Of a stretch of 64,000 bases of DNA, positions 1 to 13,538 are shown one piece after another (position 1 is the first letter of the stretch; every line of letters starts with the position of its first letter). Position numbers and translations under genes: made by a program. The notes beneath the pieces are model-generated. The model was not told where the DNA came from, did no database searches, and saw only the letters and a list, made by a program, of their open reading frames with translations. Where the stretch lies: the NCBI RefSeq assembly GCF_009914755.1, contig NC_060938.1, one strand, 5' to 3'. The stretch comes from the human T2T-CHM13v2.0 reference genome, Homo sapiens.

Positions 1-81
1 ATTTTTTTCATTTCTCTTTTCCCATGTAGACAAAAACAGGATTAAAAAAAAAAGGTTAAGCGATGTTCTACCATTTCTATA

Positions 82-2202
82 CAGTTGACCCTTGAGCAAC
101 ACAAGTTTGAACTTCACAGGTCCACTTATATGAGGATTTTTTTTCAATAAAAGTAACACTGAGTATGCTGCCTCTTCTGCATCCCCTTGCACATCCTCCA
201 TCTCTTCCATCTCTGACACAGTGAGACAGCAAGACCAACCCCTCCTCTTCCTTTTCCTCCTTCTTCAACATGAAGATAACAAGGATGGGGACCTTTATGA
301 TGAGTCACTTCCACTTAATGAATAGTAAATATAGTTTCTCTTCCTTATGATTTTCTTAATAACGTTTTCTTTTTTTTTCTAGCTTACTTTATTGTAAAAG
401 TACAGTTTGCAATATATATGCAAAAAAAGTCTTCACTGACTTGTTTATGTTATCAGTAAGGTCTCTAGTCAGCAGTAGGCTATTAGTAATCATTTTAAAA
501 AGCCACTTATAGATTCAATGCTATTCCCATTAAACTACCTTTGACATTCTTCACAGAACTAGTGAAAAAAAAAACTATTTAAAAATTTATATGAAACCAT
601 AGAAGAGACCAAATAGCCAAGGCAATCCTAAGCAAAAAGAACAAAGCTGGAAGCATCACGCTACCCAACTTCAAACTATACTACAGGGTTACAGTAACCA
701 AAACAGCCTGATACTCGTACAAGAACCAACACATAGACCAATGGAACAGAATAAAGAACCTAGAAATAAGACCACACACATACAACTATTTGATCTTTGA
801 CAAACCAAGCAAAAGCAAGCAATGAAGAAAGGATTCCCTGTTCAATAAATGGTGCTGAGATATCTGGCTAGCCATATGCAGAAGATTGAAACTGAACCCT
901 CTCCTTACACCATATACAAAAATTAACTCAAGATGGATTAAAGACTTAAATGTAAAACCCAAAACTGTAAAAACCTTGGAAGACAACCTAGCCAGTACCA
1001 TTCAGGACGTAGGCACGGGCAAAGATTTCATGACAAACATGCCAAAAGCAATTGCAACAAAAGAGAAAATTGACAAATAGAATCTAATTAAACTAATGTG
1101 CTTCAATTTACTTTGTTGAGAGTATAAAAAACACTATCAACAGAGTAAACAGGCAACCTACAGAATGGGAGAAAAAATTCGCAAACTATGCATCTGACAA
1201 AGGTCTAATATCCAGCATATATAATGGACTTAAATTTACAAAGAAAAAATAAATAACCCCATTAAAAGGTGGGCAAAGGACACGAAGACATACATGTGGC
1301 CAAAAATCACATGAAAAAAGGTGCCACATCACTGATTATTGGAGAAATGCAAATCAAAACCACAATGAGGTACCATCTCATGCCAGTCAGAATGGCTATT
1401 AAAAGTTAAAAGAAATGCTTTTACCCTGTTGGGAGTGTAAATTAATGCAGCCATTGTGGAAGACAACGTGGTGATTCCTCAAAGACGTAAAGACAGAAAT
1501 ACCATTCAACCCAGCAATCCCATTACTGGATATATACCCACAGGAATATAAATAATTCTATTATAAAGACGCATGTGTATGTTTATTTCAGCACTATTCA
1601 GAATAGCAAAGACATGGAGTCAACCTAAATGTCCATCAGTGATAGACTGGATTAGGAAAATGTGGTACATATACACTATGGAATACTATGCAGCCATAAA
1701 AAAGAATGAGATCATGTTCTTTGCAGGGACATGGATGGAGCTGGAGGTCATTATCCTCAGCAAACCAACACAGGAACAGAAAATCAAATCCCATATATTC
1801 TCACTTATAAGTGGGAGTTAAATTATGAGAACACATGGGTGCATAGAGGGAACAGTACACATTGGGGCATTTTAGAGGCTGGGGGATGGGAGGAGGGAGA
1901 GGATTAGGAAAAAACGACTAATGGGTACTAGGCTTCATACCTGGGTGATGAAATAATCTGTACAACAAACTCCCATGACACAAGTTTACCTGTGTAACAA
2001 ACCTGCACTTGTACCCCTGAACTTAAAATAAAAGTTAAAAAAAAAAAAAGAATAAAGGGTAGCAAACACACCTTCTTGCTACAAAAGAAAAAAACAGTAG
2101 GCTATTGGTAGTTAAGTTTTGGGGTAGTCAAAAGTTACGTGCAAATTTTTGATTATGCCATTGTCGACACTCCTAAACCCCTCCATTGTCAAGGGTGAAC
2201 TG
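82..2202 (+). mobile_element. Tigger2a/MER28-like Tc1/mariner MITE, split by an L1 insertion
   Basis: TIR cagttgacccttg at 82 and its reverse complement caagggtgaactg ending at 2202; TA on both sides (80-81, 2203-2204). Confidence 0.85.
489..2092 (+). mobile_element. 5'-truncated L1 (L1PA13-16-like): ORF2 3' part, 3'UTR and poly(A), with a short 3' extension
   Basis: ORF2 C-terminal peptides ([18 protein letters not shown]; [16 protein letters not shown]); poly(A) at 2037-2049; TSD agcagtaggctattagta 471-488 / aacagtaggctattggta 2093-2110. Confidence 0.9.
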
Positions 2203-3168
2203 TATCTGTTTTTGTAAGTCTTTTATGAAAATATTTTTAAATGTCAGTTTTTTGTTGACCCTGCATGATTGTGATAGAATTTTTCTACCTCGTGTCTCCA
2301 AAACAGATGTTGTTCCCTTATAATTATAATACATTTTACAAAATCGCAACTGCAGAGTGTTTTGTTGAAGTGATCATCTTAAATGAATGCATGAGCCGTA
2401 ACCGGATCAATCATTCTTACTCCTGTCAAGCTTTCAATTACATTCCAGAGTCCCAGCACAAACCTAGCAGCTTGTTGGAACATCTAGATGCCCTTTGCTT
2501 CTAGATCCTCCCTCTTTCCTCCCAGATTTGGATTACCTTTAAATGAGCTATTATCTGATATGATGCCACAGTTTCCATGATTCGTATTCATTTTTTTAAA
2601 ACTTTCGTCTATGATCTAGTAAGTGATGATGACTGGTTTATTGCAAAATTTTCTGAATCACTTTGCTCTGTCAGATTAAGCTTTCAGCTAACCAGCAGAG
2701 GGAGCACAAAGAGACACACTGGTTTCATCTCAGTGTACAGGGAGTCTAGCTACTAAGTGGACGAAGAACTCCCGCACATTGAGATCTGGTCCTCAACGGC
2801 AAGAAGCACTGTTCGAGCAATCAGGAAAATCTGGGCTTTAAGCAGTGGCACCACTACGAATTTATTCTCTTGCCTAAGATTACTTGGAATTCCTATAGTA
2901 GTGGGGGAGGGGGGACTCTCTTTTGTACTAGTTCCTCCTTAAATTTTAAAGAAATTGAGCCCGTGGACTGAGGTGGGTGCGGATGCTGGGATGCAGAGGA
3001 AACAAAAATTTCTTCTCATCTAGCTTCCACTCCAAATCTGTTTCTCCCAGAGAAAATACAAGACTTAGGAGTGCTGTATGAAGTCTCTTGCTGCTCTATT
3101 CTCTAGGAAACCTAATATGAAATCATTAAGCTACTGAATGTCAGTTTCTTCAACAGTAAAGAAGACAC

Positions 3169-3230
3169 ATTATTATTGCTGTTATTATTACTACTACTAC
3201 TACCACCACCACCACTACCACCATTACTAT
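3169..3230. repeat. Compound trinucleotide microsatellite (TAT/TAC/CAC)n
   Basis: Directly visible. Confidence 0.9.
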
Positions 3231-3234
3231 CCAT

Positions 3235-3430
3235 TTAGTGACTTCTGTTTTCTCTACTTAATCTCACTTATTCAGCATATCAGCCCTAAGAGGCAGATTT
3301 TATTGCTCCCATTTTACAGAAGAGGAACTGGAGGCTTAAAGAAGTTGAAGAACTCAACCAACGTCAAGCAACTAGAAAGGAAACTGGAACAAGGTGTCTC
3401 TGATTCCAAAGCTCCATGCTTTTCATCTGT
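3235..3430 (-). mobile_element. MIR SINE
   Basis: cccattttacagaagaggaactggaggctt resembles the MIR core. Confidence 0.65.
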
Positions 3431-4464
3431 GTTGGTAATAAAAAGAATAATACCATATCACAGTTATATTGTACATTACAAAGCACTTTAACCTTTATCA
3501 TCCCCACCTCGGGATAATTCTGTGAGCTAAACACGGACAAATAGTAACATTCACCCCTCCCTATCTCTCTTTACCTCTTTAGCTCCTATTTTTAAAAAGC
3601 AAGCAATTAAGGGAACTAAAGCTTACAAAATGTAAAGGATTTTTCTAAGGTCACATAGATGAAAAATGGATTTGGGATTAAATGGGTTTTATTCCTGTAG
3701 TTGCCACATCACACTGCTTTGCCACATAGAGAGGAAGAGACCCAGCTTTGCCTCCAACTAGCTCTTTTACCCTAAAATGATCATTTAAACCCTGGAGTTC
3801 TTGCATATATAAAATAGATGGGAGTAACAATAATAATTAATACTTATGTTAACAACCTCACGGTATTCACAAAGATCAAATGAAATACGGAGATAGTTAT
3901 GAAATAAGTAAATAATATACAGACAAATATAGTTCTATTGTAAGATTATCCTGGGTGTTGAAACTAGGTTATGTCTGACTTCTGGCAAAATTACAGGACA
4001 GGGCAGGTTAGTGTCTAATCTGCCTACTTCCCAATCCCCAGGTAGCTGTCGCCTGAAAAGGCATCGGAAGATACTTAAGAGATAGGAGATTGTTCATATT
4101 TACTTAATTTTTTGGATGAGACTGTTTGTCTGGACTGTCTCATGAGATGGTATTTACCTACTTGGGAAGCTCATTCTCTCATTTGGGACTTGGAAGCATT
4201 CTCATTGTACAACAGTGAGAGCTGGAATGCCATTACATCATTATGAACCACCCAGTGCCCATTTGATATAGTTAATAACAAGGATTAATGAAGTAATTTA
4301 AAAGGAAGAAATAGAATCCTTGCCTTGATCCAAGACAAAGGGACAAAAAAAATTTCTTTCTGAAATTTGAGGGAAAAAATATTGGTTGCTTCTATTCTTT
4401 TAAGAAACTGCCTGAGAAAAGTCACAGTGTGTGTGTTATGTGGGAAATAAGAGTATTGGGGCAG

Positions 4465-4650
4465 GCAATCATTCATATGTTAGATTTCTTTGTTCAGATC
4501 AATATTGTTTGAGTGCTAACACTGTGGTAGGTGCTGGAAATCGAATGCTGAACAGAACAGATAAGTTGCCCACACTTTCATGGAATTTGCATTTTAGACA
4601 GACAGCCAGCAATGATCAAATAATTACATGTTTGGTGGGTGTTACAAAGG
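4465..4650 (-). mobile_element. L2 3' fragment
   Basis: cattcat...aatattgtttgagtgct...gtgctgg...gaacagaacag pattern. Confidence 0.5.
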
Positions 4651-6055
4651 AGAAAAACAGACTTCCATTATGACCTCTTATGTAATCACACTGCAATATC
4701 TTGAAATTATTACTTATAAAGATCAAGCAGAAGCTACTGCTGCATACTAGAGAACTTTAAATGATTTCCAACATCGAGAAACTTGAATTTCTTAAGGAGT
4801 AGTTATTATAAAAAGAAACTGGAATGGCTAATCTTGGCTGTCTCTCTAAAGCCAATATAAAGAAAATGAGTGATACACAACATTATCTTGACCTCACTGA
4901 CAACTAGATAGCCTAAGAAACAGTGTGTGCAATAGAGTAGAAGGAAGAATCAAAGGACATATTTTATAAGGATAATGAGTTCTGCTTTCTTTTCCTCTTC
5001 TGGGCTATAATAATTTTTGTCTCTTTTGTAATCATACCCTCTTGGAAAGCCACTGGCTTGGACTGATTTATGCCTACTACAGATTTTTCCTTCCAAAAGT
5101 ACATCTCCATGACTAAGGAAATGGGCTGTCTCAGGTTGGCTGGTTCCATCAAGAACACTTAAAACTTGATTGCACAATTGTAAAACCAACTGGGGTCTTA
5201 GCATCAACTTGCATTTTCTCATTGGCATCCAATTTTGAGGATATCATATTGCTTGGAGAAGAAAGAGGCAGTAGTTATTATAATTTCCGTGGACTTACAG
5301 AGTTTTAGAGACTTGGATATCGTGTACTTTAACCTCACACCCAGTGTAAGAATCTCCTATACCTGATTCATGATATTCATCTTTTGAATACATAGGGTAA
5401 AAAGAGCTTACTATCTCATTTTTGAAGAATTCTGTTATTCTTTTTTATATTGGAGAAAATCTACCACCATTAGTCTTAGATATGTTCACCAGAGCCATCA
5501 TGGACCAAATCAGAAGTAATCATTTCTACTTAAAGACTTTCCTCCTCTTCACCACTAACAAGTCTTTTCTCTTCTAGGCTAAACATTCCAGGTTTTTCCT
5601 CCATTCTGTATACCACATGATCCTCCAAATTGCTCCCATTTTGGATGATGGAGCTTGAGGAGGTGGAAGATCAAAATGTTAGTGTGTGTTATCTAACAGA
5701 TTTGCTCTTTCTCTCAGTTTTGTAACATTAGCAGGTTTGATCAATATTTCACCTGTGCTGCAATTCACATCGATAATTAAACTATACAGGGTTGCTTTAA
5801 TTATAAAGCTAAAAGTGGATTTTTTTCCATTAACATTACCAGATAGGATGATTTGCCAACTCGTTCTCTGGGTCTAGAAAATGCCCAATGAAGTCATATT
5901 GACTCTAAAATCAAGCTCTGGATGTGAAGATGCTGCCATGCTGTTGAGTCAAAAGAATATATTATTTTTCATTTCTGTTAGACCAGTAATTTTAGTAACT
6001 TTGGCAAAAGGAATATAAAAACAAGCAATCTCCAATTTATAGGGCTGCACTGTAG

Positions 6056-6517
<462 letters not shown>

Positions 6518-7334
6518 TAACATGTACCATAAGCACCACTAGAAATATTTTGACATCTAGCACGATGTTTAACAATGTTTTTCTGGATTCGGATGACCAG
6601 GATCACTGCTGGGAACACCAGGAATATTTTCATGCTTTTATTCTCTATCCAATTGAGTTAAGGATCCCCGGCCCCACATCTGCTGAATAAAGAAAACTGG
6701 GATCCTTGTGGCCTGAATCTGGTGGTGGCTGGGAAGGTTAAGATGCAGTGATAGATGCTACAGAGCTTCTGGAATAAAGCCTGCCTACCACTGGGGTATA
6801 CTCCTCAGTCTTCATGGGTCGCAGTCAGACTCCCATTCTCTCTTTCCCTCCACGTCAGCCTGATTCATAGCCTCTTCGTACTCATTCTCTCTCTCTCCTC
6901 CTATTCTCTCTTCCTCAGGGGTCATGACAGAATCTTCCAGTTTTGTTTCACTTATCCCTTAAGCACTCTCCAATGCTTTAACAGTTTTCTAAGGTTTGTT
7001 TTTCCCTTGCTGGGTAGCTAATGAATTAATTAAGAGGGGAATATTGCTAGTTGCAAAAGGGAAGTGGGGTCTATAGAGGATCTCTCCAGTGGCAGCCTCT
7101 GTCTCTCAATCTCTCTCCCATTCTGTCTCACTTACAGCTGGCAGGGAGAGGCAGAATCACCTGCAGATGCTGCCTGTGGGCTGAGTAAAATGCACCAACT
7201 TTTCAAGGAAAAACAAGGACAGGCGATTCTAGGCCTTAAGGGAAAGATGGTGAGGTAGGTCTGACATCTGGCCTTTGATGAGAACACAGAACAGTACTTC
7301 TTTGTGGGAGTTGGGAGTGAGAAGCTGAGAACTA

Positions 7335-8056
7335 ATTTTTATTTTTTTTTAACTCTTAATTGCATTTATTTTATGCTGAATTTATTCCCATGCCGTAAGT
7401 TTTTGTTTCTTCAGTTTCTTTTGAGATATCTTTTTTTTCCTTATGTACAACAGAAATATCATATGTTGCAGCAATATCAGCACAAAAGAAACTTACTGAA
7501 TCCTTACTGAAAAGGAACAGATTGTTCCAGATTACTTCTCTTCAGGTTTAGGAAAAATTTGTTCCTTTTCAGTAAGGATCATCTTGATGTGGCAGGGAGA
7601 GTACATGCATGGGTTAATCCGACCATGAGCTCTATAAGGCCAGTAGCAAATCTTAGGTGCTTTATTTACCTGGGTATGCTCAATGACCTGAGAATCTACA
7701 TCTACACCCTTAAGTTCGGCATTTCTCTCAGCATTTATAAACATGTGCAGCAAAAATTCAGCACTCATTTTGGGCCACCAACCCTGTGTCCAGCCCCACT
7801 GCTTGGCCTGGGCACTACCAACTCCCCCATTGTAACGTCAGAATGGTACACACTGTTTCTGTGAAGTGACATCTTTCAGATACTTGGTGGCTTTTCGTAC
7901 AGGCACACCCTTGTTGGCCTGGGCAGTTTCACGAGTGTTCTTACAGGAAACACAACTATTTGAAATTCTTGATTTGCCTGATTTTGAGGGGTTTTCTGGG
8001 TCGAGTGAACAGAAAACTATTTTCACAGATCACCTCAGGCCACTTAGGGGAAGAGC
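7335..8056 (-). pseudogene. RPL17: RPL17 (uL22) processed pseudogene with 5'UTR, disrupted CDS (8020-7382), 3'UTR and poly(A)
   Basis: Peptides [51 protein letters not shown]; no introns; start codon ATG>ATA; frameshifts; pyrimidine-rich 5' end; degenerate TSD 7329-7340 / 8058-8069. Confidence 0.95.
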
Positions 8057-8519
8057 GGGACTAACTTTCTTGATCTTGCTTTTGCCTGCCTTCTCTTTTC
8101 ACAAAGGAACAGATGTTCCTTTCACCAATCTTTCACCGTCACTCATTTTTCTTCCTCCCCTTCTAAGACACACTTGGCTATTGCAGAAACACAGTTCCTT
8201 AAACACAAGTCCAAAATTCAAACAGCTCTGAACATTGAAAGTTTTTGGCAACCTACATTGCAGCAGAATTTGGCCCAAACTGACATGAGGTGATATCATC
8301 TTTATTTACTCACATATTTACTATAAAAATATCAATTATCAATGGGATTGTTTTAAAGTACAGCCCCAGTTCCTGCTTGAGTATAATCAAACATATGTAT
8401 ATTACCTTTCTAAAATCTGAAAATTTTTGAATTCTGAAATACATCTGGCCCCAAAAGTTTCTGGGTAAGGGATTATAGCCCTTTATTTCCTGTTTTCCTA
8501 CATCTTTCTCTTTCCAGCT

Positions 8520-8762
8520 AAGTGTAAAAGAGTATAGACTCTGGTAACCCAAGCTGAATTCAAATCCTATCTCTAAATATCAGTTGTGTGTGATTTTGCT
8601 CTGTTTACTTAACCCGTCTGTGCTTCAGTTTCCCCATTTGTAAAATAGGGATAATAGTATTACCTATCTCAATGTTGTTGTGAAGATTTAATTGAGTTAA
8701 TCTATGTAAAGTGCTTACAGTAATCTCTAGCACATAGTAAGCACTATAGGTTTGCTATTATC
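8520..8762 (+). mobile_element. MIR SINE
   Basis: ctgtgcttcagtttccccatttgtaaaatagggataatagta core; gcacatagtaagcact tail. Confidence 0.8.
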
Positions 8763-9005
8763 ATCAACCTTAATCCTTCACTCTACCCAAAAATATTACC
8801 TAATGTCCCAATTATAAAATCCCTGCTCTTCGCCCTATTCCCTCCATAGTTAACCCTCTATCCATTTTCTTCCACTCATGCCATAAACAGAAAACCATTT
8901 GTCATTAGTTACCATTGACTACTCTTCAACTGGCTGAAATCTGGTTTGCTATCCTATTTCTCAACTCCATGGTAATTTCTCTCATTAAGGTCCCTAATGC
9001 CTCTT

Positions 9006-9302
9006 TTTTTTTTTTTTTTTTTTTTATCTTTTTTTTTTTTTTTCTTTTTTTATTATTATTATTATACTTTAAGTTTTAGGGTACATGTGCACATTGTGCA
9101 GGTTAGTTACATATGTATACATGTGCCATGCTGGTGCGCTGCACCCACTAACGTGTCATCTAGCATTAGGTATATCTCCCAATGCTATCCCTCCCCCCTC
9201 CCCCGACCCCACCACAGTCCCCAGAGTGTGATATTCCCCTTCCTGTGTCCATGTGATCTCATTGTTCAATTCCCACCTATGAGTGAGAATATGCGGTGTT
9301 TG
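9006..9302 (-). mobile_element. Short young L1Hs-type 3' end (ACG/A diagnostic type)
   Basis: Perfect TSD ctaatgcctctt 8994-9005 / 9303-9314; ~55-nt T-rich tail; minus strand reads GATGACACGTTAG and AACTTAAAGTAT. Confidence 0.9.
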
Positions 9303-9626
9303 CTAATGCCTCTTAACTGCCAGTTTAAAAGACTGCTGTTTAGTTTCTTTTGTGCTGTTATTTCTGCAACATATAATATTTCTGTGACAAATAGACTCAG
9401 TTCTCCTTCTACTTCATTTTCATTCTACTGCTCCGGTGACTCGCTCATTAAAGGTTGACCTCCCCAGGTGTTTCATCCTTTGTCCTTTTTGTACAGTACA
9501 CATGCTCCTTAGAAAAATCTCATCCAATTTAAAGTGTCAGCTATCACCTGGATAATAATGACTGCCACATTTTATCATTAGCCCTGACCTCTTCCTTGTG
9601 CTTCAGACTACATTTCCTATTTGCCT

Positions 9627-9875
9627 CCTGTGTCCAGCCCCACCACTTGACCTGGGCACTACCAATTCCCCCATTGTAATGTCAGAATGGTGCACGCTGT
9701 TTTTGTGAAGTGACATCTTTCGGATACTTGGTGGCTTTTCATATATGCACACCCTTGATGGCCTGGGCAGTTTCACAAGTGTTCTTAAAGGAAACACAAA
9801 TATTTGAAACTCTTGATTTGCCTGATTTTGAGGGGTTTTCTGGGTCGAGTGAATAGCAAACCATTTTCACAGATC
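9627..9875 (-). pseudogene. RPL17: Partial second copy of the RPL17 pseudogene (5' portion of CDS)
   Basis: Aligns to 7783-8031; [21 protein letters not shown]; ATG retained at 9864-9862; no poly(A) or TSD. Confidence 0.9.
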
Positions 9876-11436
9876 CATCTCCACTTGGATGACCTGCAAG
9901 AATCTCAAATGTAATATATCCCAACAAATTGTATGATCTTCTCCCTGACATCCTGCCCCTAACCCCCATTCCAGCCCCCAAAGTAATCTCACAACATGTA
10001 TGTTTTTTCATTTTTAATCTCAGCTTTAATGGCTTTGCACACTTCACCTATTAGCTTAGGCCAGAAATGTTGAATCTTCATTCGTCTTTAACTTCCACAT
10101 TCAATCAGTCACTAAATCCCGCCAATTTGTTTTTAGTAACATCGCCAGAACCTGCCTACTGATTTACTAAGGGCTTGTACTAACTATCATGTAGACCAGT
10201 GGCTTGACCTTTTTGCCCATAACCCATGGTATAAAATATATTTTACATTGTGCCCTGGGATATAGACATGTTTATGTACATCTGTGCTCTATTTTATTTC
10301 ATTTCACTTTTCTAAAATTATGGTTATGATACCCTAAATTGATTTTACAATCTACCAATGGGTTACAATTTGCAGTTTAAAACACCCTGACCTCAAATAA
10401 TAGCACTTTACTCGTCTCCCCTCTCCCGACCCCGGTGGGTCAATAGATAGCACTTCAGAGGTTGTGTACCAAAACCCTTAAAGGCAGGGATTGTAATCTG
10501 CCAAAGAAAATGCTCCCAAGAAGGTGATTATGATATCTCCTATATGTTCTACTCAGTTATCAAGACAATACTGAATATTTCTTAGACATGTACTATACAT
10601 AAAGCACACAGCTGTGGCTCAAATAAGCATGGTTCACTGATTTGGCACTCACATTTACATGAACTTGGAACCCTCAAAAGCCCTTAATGCTCCATGTATT
10701 TTCACACCTCCATTGACACTGCACATACTATTCCCCTTGCCTGGAGTGTCCTCCATACTCCCTTTCATCAGGCAAATGCCCATCTGTAGCAATGTATACA
10801 AAAATCTATTTATTTACCAAAGACAGTTAGGTAGCAGAGGGGTAGTAGTGGTACTGGGCCCAGTTTATGTCCCTCTCCAGTTACTCTGTTTCCTGGTCAC
10901 AATGGTCCCAGCAACCGCCATGGTCATTGCTGCCAGCTCACTCCACAAAGTCTGTCACAATAGCCTGCCTGCCCCTCACTCTTTGATTTGCTGACTCAGA
11001 AATACTGGAAGTCATATTCATGGTTTATTTAAACAAGGAAAAACATATGTATGAGCAGGATGCCCCACAGGTGTTAACAACCACATGGCCTTCTGATTAA
11101 GAAAGTTTCCATCCTTGGATACTCATGGTTTTCTCCTCATTTCTCTCCTACCTGGGAAATATAATATGAGGAAGGCACTGTTAGGAATCCCCACCTTAAG
11201 GGTGAGGGAACTGGGGCATAAAGAGATTGAGTGATTATTGCAAGGCACTTAACCAATATGCAGCAGAGCCTAGAGTTTGAAAACATCTCTGGAGATGAAA
11301 ATATGTTCCTTTTCTCTCCTGTAATATTTAAGGGAAAAAGACTACAAATCCAATTTGTACTTGTCTATGCACTGGTCCTGTTTCTCCTGCCTTCTCATGA
11401 AGGGGACTCAAGCCTTTGTGTGTGTGTGTGTGTGTG

Positions 11437-11462
11437 TGTGTGCGTGCACGCACGCACGTGTA
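11437..11462. repeat. (TG)n microsatellite
   Basis: Directly visible. Confidence 0.9.
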
Positions 11463-11958
11463 TCTCTGTGTGTGTACTCTCAATCAGCACTCTAAAATAT
11501 ATTGGCACTCTGAAATATATGTGTATTTATGCATGTTTTATAGGCACATATTACTGTATAATATACCATGTAAATTATAAAACAAACACACAAAAACATA
11601 AATTCAAAAAGCATGAATTTTTAAAATTATAAGAGAAAGTTCTAATATTTTTCTGCACTCCCCAGTATATTACCTTGGATACTGTATTTTGGAGACCTGC
11701 CATAAAGTATCATACTTAGTAGAAAAACATATTTTCTTTCATATACAGGAAAAATATTGATCCACAATCAATATTGTTCACAGGGTTGCTTCTCAAGCTG
11801 TGGTGTTGTCTGAATGTCATATCCCCCAGGATGCCATTCAAGACAAGCATTTGCAGTTTTGAGATGGCTAATTCTAATTAGGAAAGCAGACTGCCACCAC
11901 AGGTTATAATCTGACTAATGTGTTCTTGGAACCGCGGAGCTACTGAAGTTTTCGGGTA

Positions 11959-11966
11959 TGACGTCA
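11959..11966. promoter_or_regulatory. Full palindromic CRE (TGACGTCA) in unique DNA
   Basis: Exact motif; several nearby CpGs (ccgcgg, ttcggg) in a CpG-poor window; function not shown. Confidence 0.35.
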
Positions 11967-12409
11967 GTAAGGAGTGATGAAAGGAGGACTGGATTAACAG
12001 CAGATAAAAGTTCTAAATAATTTGACCTCTGCTTAAAATAGCGATGGGCCTTGAACAAAACATTTAATAGTAACGGGTCCTTTGATTAAATTGCTTTTGC
12101 ATGTATTTAATATTAATTCCACTGATATGATACTAACCCTAAGAAATAAGCATGGCTGATACTAGCCCTTAATTTTATATCATAAATGAGCAAAATCTTA
12201 AAGAGAGTAAATGACTTGCCCACACAGTAAAAGGCATAACTGGGCTTCACAATGGTATTTTTGACTCATGTATTATCTTACCTTGCTTAACCTCTTTGGG
12301 CTTCATGCCTTTAAAAAAAACTTTCTGTTTTAGAACAGTTTTAGGTTTTAAAAAAAGTTGTGAAGATGGTCCAGGTAGTTCCCATATACTTTACACGCAT
12401 TTTCCCCTA

Positions 12410-13099
<690 letters not shown>

Positions 13100-13267
13100 C
13101 CTTATTATTAATGCTTTACATTAGTATATTTATCACAATCAATAAACAAATATTGATACATTATTATTAACTGAAGTCCATATCTTATTTAGATTTCCTT
13201 CATTTTCACCTAACAAACTTTTTCAGTCCCAGATGCTATCCAGGATACCACATTACATTTTGTCACT

Positions 13268-13538
13268 GTTATGTATTTAAATGTTTGCGTCCTCTCAAAA
13301 TTCACGTTGAAGTTCTAACCCTAATGTGATGCTATCTGGAGATGGGGTCTTTGGAGGGAATTAGATTTATATGAGGTCATGAGGATTAGTGTCCTATAAG
13401 AAGAGGAAGAGAAACCAGAGCTTGATTTATACTGACACCTTGATCTTAGACTATCCAACCTCCAAAACTGTAAGAAACAAATATCTGCTGCTTAAGCCAT
13501 TCAGTCTGTGGTATTTTGCTGTGCCAGTAGACTAAGAT
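13268..13538 (+). mobile_element. MLT1A-like solo LTR
   Basis: tgttatg...caccttgatcttagact...gactaagata. Confidence 0.7.

Larger units (their letters stand above)
8860..10155 (+). mobile_element. L2 fragment interrupted by a young L1 and an RPL17 fragment
   Basis: catctccacttggatg, ccacattcaatcagtcactaaatcc and similar L2 motifs. Confidence 0.6.

Noticed and set aside
1-60. Polypyrimidine-AG followed by aag/gttaag as a possible microexon
   Set aside because: At the window edge with a poly(A) body and a weak donor; unsupported
3138-3491. Poly-Tyr/His ORF
   Set aside because: Microsatellite plus MIR; no coding evidence
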